NCBI GenBank assembly: GCA_002269645.1
Contig: NIVC01000873.1
Coordinates: 1 to 64,000, forward strand
Source of the DNA: Macrostomum lignano
Taxonomy: Eukaryota
Direction of reading: 5' to 3'
DNA: 64,000 nt
Part shown: piece after piece, positions 50,671-63,763 of the stretch
How positions within the stretch are numbered: position 1 is the stretch's first letter
How the letters are laid out: every line of letters starts with the position of its first letter
Translations under genes and position numbers: made by a program
The notes under the pieces: model-generated
The model's input: the letters and a program-made list of their open reading frames with translations, nothing else
What the model was told of the DNA's origin: nothing
The model's database searches: none

Positions 50671-53600
50671 ATGTCGGCCGGAGACCGCGAGGAGCCGGCG
50701 ATGTGGCCGCGGGAAGCCGCCTCCTGGATAGTGAGCCAGGCTGATCACGTGACCGTCCTGGAGGCGGGCATTCGCTCGCTGGCCGACACCCTGCAGCCGG
50801 TGTTCGAGCGGGGCGAGTACTCTCTGGCCAGCTGGCGGCGGCATCCTTTGAACCCGAAGTCAGCTGACGGGCGGGCAGTCAGCTGGGTGTTCCTGGCCGA
50901 TACGCTTAATTTCTCCTTCTGGTCGGATGCCGAGGTTTGTTGGGGTTGTTGTTCGGTGACGAGGTTGTTGTGTCAGCAGCTTGATTTGTGTCAGGACCGT
51001 GACGTATCAGGGTCTAGCTATCGCGTCAGTGTCTGTCTGTTAATTGTGCCAGGATCTGTTTTGTCAGTGTCCGAGTCTGTTGTTTCAGTGTCAGGATCTG
51101 TTTTGTCAGTGTCAGGATCTGTTGTTTCAGTGTCAGGATCTGTTGTTTCAGTGTCAGGATCTGTTGTGTCAGTGTCAGGATCTGTTGTGTCAGCGTCAGG
51201 ATCTGTTGTTTCAATGTCAGGATCTGTTGTTTCAGTGTCAGGATCTGTTGTTTCAGTGTCAGGATCTGTTGTTTCAGTGTCAGGATCTGTTGTTTCAATG
51301 TCAGGATCTGTTGTTTCAGTGTCAGGATCTGTTGTTTCAGTGTCGGGATCTGTTGTTTCAGTGTCGGGATCTGTTGTTTCAGTGTCAGGATCTGTTGTTT
51401 CGGTGTCGGGATCTGTTGTTTCAGTGTCAGCATCTATTGTGTCAGTGTCTGGATCTATTGTGTCAGTGTCAGGATCTGTTGTTTCAGTGTCAGCATCTAT
51501 TGTGTCAGTGTCTGGATCTATTGTGTCAGTGTCAGGATCTGTTGTTTCAGTGTCAGGATCTGTTGTTTCAGTGTCGGGATCTGTGTCAAGGCCAGGTCTA
51601 TTGTGTCAGTGCCCGTCCACAATACAATCGCTGCGCATCGCCAGGCTGACGCCAAGTTTTGCGTCACGTACGCGGGCGAGCGGCACACGGGCTACTGGTC
51701 CCTGTGCGCGGCCATCAACCGCACTCTGGACGAAGGCTTCGACCTGCTGGACCCGAAACTCTGGCCCGGCCTGACTCTGGACAGATTGATTCATCTGCTT
51801 CGCGGCGACCGTTCTGAGATGCCGCTTATGCAGGAGAGGCTGGACTGTCTGCAAGAGACCGGTCGGATTCTGGTGGATCGGTACGGTGGGGACTTCAACA
51901 ATGTGCTGCTGGCTGCGGCCGGCTCCGCCAGGAGGCTGCTGGAGCTGGTGGTCACCGAGTTCCCGTGCTACAGGGACGTCTCCGTGTATAAGGTGTGTCC
52001 TGTTACAGACAGCTGTGTTCCAGTGTCAGGCATAAGAGGTTGCAGTGTCAGGCATAAGAGGTTGCAGTGTCAGGCTTAGAGGTTGCAGTATCAGGCATAA
52101 GAGGTTGCAGTGTCAGGCTTAGAGGTTGCAGTGTCAGGCTTAGAGGTTGCAGTGTCAGGCATAAGAGGTTGCAGTGTCAGGCTTAGAGGTTGCAGTGTCA
52201 GGCATAGAGGTTGCAGTGTCAGGCATAAGAGGTTGCAGTGTCAGGCTTAGAGGTTGCAGTGTCAGGCATAAGAGGTTGCAGTGTCAGGCTTAGAGGTTGC
52301 AGTGTCAGGCTTAGAGGTTGCAGTGTCAGGCATAGAGGTTGCAGTGTCAGGCATAGAGGTTGCAGTGTCAGCCAGAGAGTTCAACTGTGATTGAGTCAAT
52401 TTTGTTTCCTGCCAGACAGCGGGTTTTCCAGTTTCGCGCTTTCCTATTTAAGTACAGCCAGTCCTTTTCACGCGTGTTGCCATGCAGGGTTGCCGAGTAG
52501 GCCTGTACAAGCGAGCCCAGATCCTTGTCGCCGACATCTGGGGTGCCCTGGAGGGCGCCGGCCCGGCCGATTTCAACGACATCGACTGTCTGACGGCGTT
52601 CGCCGACTACCGGATTCCGCAGGCGCTGGAGTACTTTGGGGTGCTGCAGTACGGGCCTTCGCTGAGGGAGGCTCTGAATGAGCGCCGCATGCTGCCCAAT
52701 GGCCACCCTATGGAGGTGGGTTCGGCTGAGCATCTAGTTCTTCCCTGAATCATCTACTTCCTCCCTGAATCATCTACCTCCTCCCTGAATCATCTAGTTC
52801 TTCCCTGAATCATCTAGTTCTTCCCTGAATCACCTAGTTCCTCCCTGAATCATCCAGTTCATCCCTAAATCATCTAGTCCCTCCCTGAATCATTTATTAC
52901 CTCGTGTATCATCTACTTCCTCCCTGACCCTGAATCTACTTCCTCCCTGAATCATCTAATTCTTCCCTGAATCATCTACTTCTTCCCTGAATCATCTACT
53001 TCTTCCCTGAATCATCTAATTCTTCCCTAAATCATCTAATTCTTCCCTGAATCATCTAGTTCCTCCATGAATCGTCTAGTTCCTCCCTGAATCATCTACT
53101 TCCTCCCTGAATCATCTAATTCTTCCCTGGATCATCTAATTCTTCCCTGAATCATCCAGTTCCTCCATGAATCATCTAGTTCCTCCATGAATCATTGAGT
53201 TCCTCCCTGAATCATCTACTTCCTCCCTGAATCATCCAGTTCCTCCCTGAATCATCTACTTCCTGAATCATCCAGTTCCTTCCTGAATCATCCAGTTCCT
53301 CCCTGAATCATCTACTTCCTCCCTGAATCATCTAGTTCTCCATGAAGCATCTAGTTCCTCCCTGAATCATCGAGTTCCTCCCTGAATCATCTACTTCCTC
53401 CCTGAATCATCCAGTTCCTCCCTGAATCATCTACTTCCTCCCTGAATTATCTAGTTCTCCATGAAGCATCTAGTTCCCCAGCTCACACAAATGTCGTTCT
53501 GTTGACTTAGTTCACTTTGTGTTTTAAATTCAATGTATCTTAATTGTCTTCTAGTAGTAGGCAGATATAGTAGATATCTGTGTACCCTGAAAAGGGCCGT

Positions 53601-53845
53601 TTTAGCTGGATCGCCAACACTTGCCCGATCCCATCGCGCGCCCGCAGGTGGAAATTCGCGGCGCCACAATCCACGCGGTGGAGCTGCTGGCCAGCGAGAT
53701 GCGGCGCCGATTCTCGACCAGTGGAAACGGTCACCGGCTGATAAACTCGGTACTGCTCGACCACTACCTGTGGGACTACAGGCGGCAGTTCGCGGACAAG
53801 ATCGACCACCTGCCGTTTCATCGGACCCGCTGCATCTACTACTGA
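50671..53845 (+). CDS. QNG1: Queuosine 5'-phosphate N-glycosylase/hydrolase (queuosine salvage, C9orf64/DUF2419), 4 exons, 345 aa
   Basis: Exons 50671-50934, 51645-51992, 52488-52715 and 53648-53845, all phase 0 GT-AG. Motifs WVFLADTLNFSFW, GYWSLCAAINR, FPCYRD, YKRAQILVAD, FADYRIPQ, EVEIRG, LLDHYLWDY and PFHRTRCIYY. Confidence 0.96.
51045..53475. repeat. Three unrelated intronic minisatellites in QNG1: 21-bp (51045-51585), 21/22-bp (52020-52370), 20-bp (52730-53475)
   Basis: GGATCTGTTGTTTCAGTGTCA; GTGTCAGGCATAAGAGGTTGCA; CCTCCCTGAATCATCTAGTT. Confidence 0.95.
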
Positions 53846-54046
53846 CCGCTAGTATTAGTAGTAGGATTAGCTAGCAGTCTGTGCCAAATAAATCGATAAA
53901 ATTGTGCAATAAACGAACCACTAGCTTAACTGTCTGTTTCTCTGAAATTGCAAATCGTTATGGTTTGTTTGAATGCCTTCAATCTGTGTATCCTAGCAGC
54001 CAATTGGATGGAGTTATTTCCTATCCAGTTTACGTGTACACGGTAA

Positions 54047-54245
54047 CACAGGAGGGTGTACAGCGGCCCTGAGTTTCTAATCGTCAGGCATGTGCACTCT
54101 GTGCCTTGGGGGTCGGGCCTCATGGCTGTGAATCGCACGACATGCTCCAGACCAATTTCCGTGCACAGAGCCAAAGTTAGTGAGGCTGCGCACCGAATCG
54201 AGCCCAAGTACGTTTCTGCCGCACTATCACTGAGCTCTTCTGCAC
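54047..54245 (-). mobile_element. tRNA-derived SINE copy (minus strand)
   Basis: The reverse complement has an A-box-like AGCTCAGTGATAG and B-box-like GGCTCGATTC. Its body shares TTGGCTCTG, ACCCCCAAGGCACAG, ACATGCCT and AGGGCCGCTGTACAC with the copy at 59403-59614. Confidence 0.75.
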
Positions 54246-54264
54246 GCGAATTTGTAAAATATAT

Positions 54265-56293
<2,029 letters not shown>

Positions 56294-56740
56294 GGGCAGG
56301 AATGGGGTCAGTATGGCATAGCAGGGCAGTTACAGTGTTGAGGTAGATAGGAAGTCTATTAAAAAAGAAAAGTCCAGTCCTGTACGCATTCCTCTTAAAA
56401 AGCAATTTCAAACACAAGAACAGGGGTGCTTCCCAGCAGCCATAGTCGGTCCTCAACTTGAGCACACTGGGGACTCAAATGGCCCAGACACAATGGCAAT
56501 TGCTGCATTATAAAGCAGTTCACCACAGCGTACACTGCGTTTGATTGCACAGCACTAAGCTGAAGCCATTCATCCAGACTACTGTACAGGGCGGAGTCAA
56601 CAGCGCGCATTCACAAAAGAAACGGAACCCACATGCGGTATGGCCTAGTATTGCCTTTTATAAATCCTTTAGATTACGCAGTCAGTCACGGGACCAGGTT
56701 AGCAATTCTTTCCTGACTGGCATTGCATGCAGAAAATCGC

Positions 56741-57226
56741 ATGGCAACTCCCGCCATCGCTGCCGAGGCCGAATCTCTACTGGCCGAGTGCCTGATGGCC
56801 ACTGGTCACGTGACCCAGTGCGCCCTGGCCACCAGGCGGGAGCGTCTTGTTTTGGCCAGCCAGCCCGCGGACTCCAGTGGCTGGCCAAGCGCCAACGATA
56901 TGCATTGTTTGGCCGGGGCGTTCATCCGGGCTGCTCGGCAGCGGCCGCTGTCTACTACTGCCGATAATGGTGGTAGTAGTAGCATGGGCCTGCCAAAGGC
57001 TGCAGTCTTGCGGCGCCCGCCTCTGCAGCTGGGCGGCCGCAGCTACTTGATTAGCCGGGCTGACGGCTTGTCGATCTATGCTTTGGCAGACGGCGGCGGC
57101 GGCCTGGTGGCGGTGCGGACTTCCGCGCATCTGCTGGTGGCCACCTACTCCGGTGCGATGTGCCCAGCCGTGTGCGTTGAGGCCTGCGAAACATTTGGCG
57201 ACTATTTGCGGATGAAGGACAAGTGA
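56741..57226 (+). CDS. PFN4: Profilin-4-like protein, single coding exon, 161 aa
   Basis: LLAECLMATGHVTQCAL, LGGRSYLISRADGLSIYA and VRTSAHLLVATYSGAMCPAVCVEACETFGDYLRMK match PFN4-type profilins. A ~25-30 aa low-complexity insert follows the second helix. Confidence 0.88.
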   Translation: MATPAIAAEAESLLAECLMATGHVTQCALATRRERLVLASQPADSSGWPSANDMHCLAGAFIRAARQRPLSTTADNGGSSSMGLPKAAVLRRPPLQLGGRSYLISRADGLSIYALADGGGGLVAVRTSAHLLVATYSGAMCPAVCVEACETFGDYLRMKDK

Positions 57227-57259
57227 AGCTGCGTTTGTCCAATTAATTCAAGGTGGAGG

Positions 57260-58400
57260 TGGAACCTCTGATTAAGCACTCCCTAATCCTTCAGTTGGAA
57301 GCCTGTGATTAATCACTCCCTGATCCTTCAGTTAGAAGCTCCGATTAAGCACTCCCTGATCCTTCAGTTGGAACCTCCGATTAAGCACTCCCTGATCCTT
57401 CAGTTGGAACCTCCGATTAAGCACTCCCTGATCCTTCAGTTGGAACCTCCGATTAAGCACTCCCTGATCCTTCAGTTGGAACCTCCGATTAAGCACTCCC
57501 TGATCCTTCAGTTGGAACCTCCGATTAAGCACTCCCTGATCCTTCAGTTGGAACCTCCGATTAAGCACTCCCTGATCCTTCAGTTGGAACCTCCGATTAA
57601 GCACTCCCTGATCCTTCAGTTGGAACCTCCGATTAAGCACTCCCTGATCCTTCAGTTGGAACCTCCGATTAAGCACTCCCTGATCCTTCAGTTGGAACCT
57701 CCGATTAAGCACTCGAGTCGCAGGGAAATCAAGCAGCAGGCCCAGAGGCGCTGGGTCGGCTCCGTAGTCGAAGCTCTATCGGATGTGTTCTCCGCCATCT
57801 GGACCAACTTTATCGAGACGTCTGCCGAGTTTCAACAGGCTTCCCAGCTTCGGCCGGGCAGCGGCGGCAGCAGGCCGGGCACAGACGCACTCCCTAATCC
57901 TTCAGTTGGAAGCCTGTGATTAATCACTCCCTGATCCTTCAGTTGGAACCTCCGATTAAGCACTCCCTGATCCTTCAGTTGGAACCTCCGATTAAGCACT
58001 CCCTGATCCTTCAGTTGGAACCTCCGATTAAGCACTCCCTGATCCTTCAGTTGGAACCTCCGATTAAGCACTCCCTGATCCTTCAGTTGGAACCTCCGAT
58101 TAAGCACTCCCTGATCCTTCAGTTGGAACCTCCGATTAAGCACTCCCTGATCCTTCAGTTGGAACCTCCGATTAAGCACTCCCTGATCCTTCAGTTGGAA
58201 CCTCCGATTAAGCACTCCCTGATCCTTCAGTTGGAACCTCCGATTAAGCACTCCCTGATCCTTCAGTTGGAACCTCCGATTAAGCACTCCCTGATCCTTC
58301 AGTTGGAACCTCCGATTAAGCACTCCCTGATCCTTCATTTGGAGTCTCAGTAATCACTCCCGATTCTTCAGTTGGAGTCTCAGATTAAGCACTCCCTGAT
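57260..58400. repeat. 36-bp minisatellite (GATTAAGCACTCCCTGATCCTTCAGTTGGAACCTCC) interrupted by a 175-bp EndoU exon copy
   Basis: Direct inspection; the insertion is 57714-57888. Confidence 0.96.
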
Positions 58401-58807
58401 CAGGGAAGCCTCTATGGTCGCTGCGACCATAGAGGCTTCCCTGCCCTGATCCTTCAGATGAAATTTGAGTAGTTAATGCATGTACAAATCCCGGTTGCAC
58501 AATCACAGTTACCTTAAAAAAACATTTTTTGTTGATATTTTCGAGATATTTAACGAGCTAGAGTTGATTGTTTATTCCGTTTTTACTTGTAACAAAACAA
58601 ACTACATTAATACTGCATGCATGAAAAACAATAAAGTTAAAAAATAACAAGAAAAACAAAGCCGAGGAGCGTGAAGCTTGTTATTGTTCTTGGAATTCAT
58701 GGAATGGTTCGCAGAAAAAAGTCTATGGTAAAAAGCGGTAGTATCGCTAGGGCATCGAGCCCAAGTGCAGTATATTGCACTGAAATCCCAGCTAAATACG
58801 ATCGTAC

Positions 58808-60777
58808 ATGAAAAGGACAAGAATGCCTCAACGACTGAAGCAGCAGTTTCGACGTCTGGACGCCCTCATCCGGGTCTACTCGCCGCCCAGACAAGCTCGC
58901 GTCGTATTCTGGGATCCGGCGGACTTGCCGGCCTCATCGCCATCTGTAGCCACCGACAGCGGTGAACAGCCGAGCACCAACGCCTGCAACAGTCGCTCTT
59001 CTCAGCAGCAGGTCCCCCAAGAAGACCGGGACGGTCTGACCGCAGCGCCGAGTCGCAGGGAAATCAAGCAGCAGGCCCAGAGGCGCTGGGTCGGCTCCGT
59101 AGTCGAAGCTCTATCGGATGTGTTCTCCGCCATCTGGACCAACTTTATCGAGACGTCTGCCGAGTTTCAACAGGCTTCCCAGCTTCGGCCGGGCAGCGGC
59201 GGCAGCAGGCCGGGCACAGACGCCAAGCTGGTGTCCAATGCGTTCTCGTCCGATCAGCTGATGAGCTCTCGGCCGAGCTTCCGGATTCACTTCCGCCTGC
59301 TTCAGGAGTTCAGCAACTCGCATGCGCTTACGGTAGGTTTTGAATTTCTCATTTTCTACTTCTTTGTTTTTTAGCACGTTCACGCGGTGTTTTAATCACT
59401 GAGGGGCCGTAGCCTCGTGGTATAGAGCAGCGCTCTGATGTGCCAGCGACCCAGGCTCGATTCCAAGTGCAGTCACATTAATTTTAGGGCTAAATTGGAA
59501 TCTCAGCTTGGCTCTGCTCGTGCAATTAACGGCCTTGAGGGGCCAACCCCCAAGGCACAGTGAAGTGTACATGCCTAACAATAAATAAAGTTAGGGCCGC
59601 TGTACACTCCTGTGTGACTGGGTGCCTGTGTGTATGACTGCGTACGTATCCGCGCGCTTGTGTGCCTGCTCAGGGGAGTCGGCGGAATAGGCAATAATGC
59701 CTCTCGCCTAAAGTGCACTAAGGCGCCAAGGGTGCACACAGCCCCTGCCTCTAACCAAAATGTTTGAATTCTCATTTGGTTGCCTTTTCTTGCTCAAACC
59801 AATCGTGCAGGACTGGGAGAATAACGCGGCGGTGAACGCCTACATCGAGCAGCTAAAGTTCGATCCAATGATCACCGAGTGCTGCACTGGCTTGTTCAAC
59901 CGGTTAGACGTGCCAACCCTGCAGACGGTTGACTCGTTCGTGCGCACTCTGCGCCAGGTCTGGTTCCAACCGCTGGAGACTAATGCTGGGCAGCCGCGCT
60001 GCGGCTATCACCACGTGTGCATCGGGGAGTTTCACAGCCGGAGCAAGTCAATCGGGGGCATGCACAACTGGTTCAAGTATCTGCTCGAAGAGGAGAAGCA
60101 CAACACTAGGATTCTAAACTGGTGGTCCTACGAGAAAGACTTGCGTGAGTTTTCGTCTCATTACAAAGCTTAGCAAAATGATTGTTTTTTCAGAATTAAA
60201 AGCATGGATTGCTCCTTTGCAATCTGTGTAATCAAAGGTGTCAACCATATCTGCTACCCAAAGCTCTTGTCTACGACACAAATCAACCAATGGACTGGCA
60301 CCGACTGAGCCAATTGACTTGTTGCCTGTTTGGATTTATTGATAATATTGATAATAACTGCAGGAGTTCTTGGGCAACCTGACGCAACGCCTTCGGTTAA
60401 TCCTGCCGTGGTTGGGCAGACGCTCTGGGCGTGGAATTTTCCAATTTATTAATAACCAAATCTATTTTTATGACACATGTGTGCTGTTGCAATAAACCTG
60501 TCAAACTGTTGCAGACCTGATCAGCATGAAGTTCAACATGAAACACCCGGATTTCGATGCCTGGTACACAAAAGAAAAGTCCAGCTTCCTGGTTGGTGTG
60601 CCAACCGATTTTGAGTTGCTGCTGTTCACTGTGGTTACCATGGTGAATCCTAACAGGGACACAAGCATTCAGATCAAGGACTACGAGCCCTTGGTGGTTG
60701 TGCCGAGGAGCTTGAAGAAGACGGGCAGTTTGGTGACGGCGTACTTTCGTGAGAGTCCCAAAAGGATCAGCGGTTAG
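58808..60777 (+). CDS. ENDOU: Divergent EndoU/XendoU-family uridylate-specific endoribonuclease, 3 exons, ~373 aa
   Basis: Exons 58808-59332, 59811-60144 and 60515-60777, phase compatible. LRQVWF, CGYHHVCIGE (cf. SGFEHVFVGE), GMHNWFKY (cf. GFHNWIQFY) and TKEKSSFLVGVPTDFELLLFTV (cf. K..SS.F.G.SPEFE.ALYT). Confidence 0.85.
59403..59614 (+). mobile_element. tRNA-derived SINE copy in EndoU intron 1
   Basis: A-box-like TAGCCTCGTGG (59410) and B-box-like GGCTCGATTCC (59454). No paired acceptor stem, so not a tRNA gene. Body homologous to 54047-54245. Confidence 0.75.
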
Positions 60778-61034
60778 GAGCTGGACTGGCTGGTAGCGCA
60801 GCTTCACTCCACTCTGTTTCCGTTTTGATTTTGATTTCATTTCTTCAAAATTTAATTTGCAAAATTCACTGCCCTCAAAAAGTTAACTTGAAATTGAAGC
60901 CAAACTTAAATAGACAACTGACCTCAAAGTACGTCAAAAATTGGCATTTGCGTTTGCGTAACTGAATCAGCAGTTTTTGTTTGTTTTGCTTTGGGGAGCG
61001 GCAGAATTTAAACTGTAGGACTGTCAGGGGGTGA

Positions 61035-61140
61035 CCCGGCAACTGGGGATCTGGGAGGCTGACCCAGCAACTGAGGATCTGGGAGGCTGGCCCAGCATCT
61101 GAGGGTCTGGGAGGCTGGCCCAGCAAGTGAGGATCTTGGA
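61035..61140. repeat. Short copy (~4 units) of the 28-bp minisatellite found at 49450
   Basis: GAGGATCTGGGAGGCTGGCCCAGCATCT units. Confidence 0.9.
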
Positions 61141-61936
61141 GGGCAGTGGCAGTCAGGCATATTAAAATGGATAGTCAGTATGCACGACTGCTCTCGTCAG
61201 CGAAGCTACAACTAAAATGAGAAATGAAGTGCACACGAATTTCAAAAGGAAATTCACTTTTGCCGAAGCTTATTTCCTCCGCCTTCGGATTAGAGTAGTC
61301 CCTGAGTGGTCAATTCTACTTGTTTGTCCTAAAAGCAGTGAAGTTTATTCTTCGGTAAGTGGCAAACACTGCAGATGTGCGGTGTGCATTAGAATACACA
61401 AGCAGAAGCTCTGCTAGATAGCCTTAGCACAGTGAGGGCCATCAGTGGTTTGTTGACAAGTTTTATCTTGCATTTCTCTGCTACGGCGAAAGAGAAAAAA
61501 ATAATCAAGGCAAAAGGCAATGATGTTGTGAGCGCTGAGCTCTCTCTGGCTCTCTCTCTCTCTCTCCGTGCAAGGGCCAAGCTGAGGTTTGAGCACAGGT
61601 AAACACGGGGCTTGAGAACTACGCACGTATGAGCCAGTTGAGCCATAAACTGCTGTGCAGGGTTGATGAAGAAAGCAGCTCGCCAGTCTCTCTCTCTCTT
61701 TCCTTCACCTCGCGCTTAAAGCAGAAGAAAAGAATCGTCCAGATACTAACGCACAGTGGTCCGCTGTCTCCTGGGCAACAGAGAATGAGTGGCAGATGTG
61801 CGCTGTGCGCAGACCCGCTTTTTATAAGATGAACGCGGGCAAGGTGGCAACGGGAGAGACATAGCTGTTGACAAATCAAGCAATCTTTGAAATCTGACTT
61901 CTCAGCTGAGCACGCGAGCATCGATCAATCGCTACG

Positions 61937-62569
61937 ATGGCGCTGTTTCGTGGCCTGGAAGAGCCGGAGAACGTGGGCTACTACGCGGTGATCAGGTTCA
62001 CGCAGGACATTGCCTACAATTACCACAATAGCGTCAAGCGCACAGCCTCCATCATTCAGCGCAGCCACGGTGGACACGAGTGCGCCTTCCTGCCGGACGT
62101 GCAGCGTATTGAAGGCGATGAGAGGCGACTGTACGGCTACGGAGTTTTGTACTTTCCTAACTTCGACGCGGCCAAGTACTGGTACGAGTGCACTAATGAG
62201 GTTCGCCAGCAGGACTGGCTGTGGTCAGCCGATATTGTAATCGTGCCAGCTCGAGGCGCCTTCGACAAAGGCATGGCCGTCCTGGAGATCAACGACTGGT
62301 CAGCGTTCAGGGATCAGACGGCTTTCGAAGACGAGTACCTCAAGGGGCTCAACAACACGACCGAGGGCCGTTGGAACATTGTGGCCTGTCCGGACTACCT
62401 GCAGTACCGGATGCGCAGCAGCTGGAGTCCCAAGTACCTGGTTATCAACCAGTGGTCCGACGTGGAAACCTGGCGAAGTTACAGGCAAGCACACGGCGCC
62501 GCGATGCACAGCTTCGCCCAGACCGTGGCCACGGGCTCCGTGCAGGTTGGCGTCAATCTCAACGTGTGA
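61937..62569 (+). CDS. Protein with two tandem DUF1330-like (dimeric alpha-beta barrel) domains, 210 aa, apparently intronless
   Basis: GC3-rich ORF. Domain 1: IIQRSHGG...IEGD...GVLYFPNFDAAKYWY. Domain 2: DQTAFEDEY...WSPKYLVINQWSDVETW. A possible donor at 62546 could alter the C-terminus. Confidence 0.7.
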   Translation: MALFRGLEEPENVGYYAVIRFTQDIAYNYHNSVKRTASIIQRSHGGHECAFLPDVQRIEGDERRLYGYGVLYFPNFDAAKYWYECTNEVRQQDWLWSADIVIVPARGAFDKGMAVLEINDWSAFRDQTAFEDEYLKGLNNTTEGRWNIVACPDYLQYRMRSSWSPKYLVINQWSDVETWRSYRQAHGAAMHSFAQTVATGSVQVGVNLNV

Positions 62570-63763
62570 GACTCGAATATAGCGACTTTTTCGGACCAGA
62601 TGTTGCGTTAATTAAGACTGTTTCCTAATTTGGATTTTCTTATTTTTCCTTCTTTATCAAAGAACTGTCCCTCACAGCAGTTAGCGCTAATAGTTAGAGA
62701 AATTTGTGTCTCTATAGTTCCGCTTTGATTCAATATTCCTGGCTATGGTAGATAAAATCAATGTACGAGCGTCCGTGTGCTTCAAAGCAACCCAAATTAA
62801 ACTGAAATATTCAACTGCAAGAAATTTTAATAATATATTGAAGGCGCAGGCTATTTTTAATTCATGAATAACTAAAAAAGTCATTATATGTACTCGTACT
62901 TGTAAATATATATGCGAAATAATATACTATCGAGATTTTTGCTTTATTTTCACAGCGATGCAAAATTTTGAATGAAAAGTCTAATCAAATTACTAATCAA
63001 GTTATTTAACTCCTTGTTTTAATTGAGTTATTCTTGATATCATTCAGGAGAATCAACTACACGTACGCTCGTAGTATAATACGCTCGTATATATACTAAA
63101 GCAGAGTTGTCTGTAGGTATGCGATAGATTTACATGTAAAAATATATAATACTTACGTTTATAATAGTATCATGGACTACTTAACTGTCGTTTATATAAA
63201 TGGACGTTTCATTTTTGATCCACAGACTTGCATTTCTTCACAGGTTAAATAATAGATATTTTATTCATTGTGAAGCAGCATTAACAACGTAAATGGATTT
63301 ACATGGTTGATGCTTAAAAATTTAGTACTATACTAAGCTTAACTGCGTAAGCTCATACTTTTTTAAACAGAAGTATTTTTTCAGAAACATAAAACCGATT
63401 AAAAGCCTAAGAAACCCCAGTTTAAGCCAAATCATCGTGAACCGTGAACCTGCAGATCGTTTCAGTTGTTCAAGTAGCTAGCTTCATGCAAAGATAGGAA
63501 AGACACAAGACTTCGTTTTAAAAATAAATGCAATTTATGCTGCGGCTGAGTAAGCCAGTTAGGTTTATTCCGTTCAAAAGAAGAGTCAGCTACCGCAAAA
63601 AACTCATTTAGGTTTGTTTCGTTCTGGTATAACAAAAACTACGGTACTAAATTAAACGGTGAGAAACCGATGCAGCAGAGTTTCATGAAAAAATTCACGC
63701 AGGTAAATTATTGTTCATTAAACGGTGGATTGCCATGCATACGGTTCCGTGCACTTTTGCACT

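Noticed and set aside
59403-59475. tRNA gene
   Set aside because: A/B-box-like motifs are present but there is no paired acceptor stem, and it continues into a body shared with a second copy; called a SINE instead.
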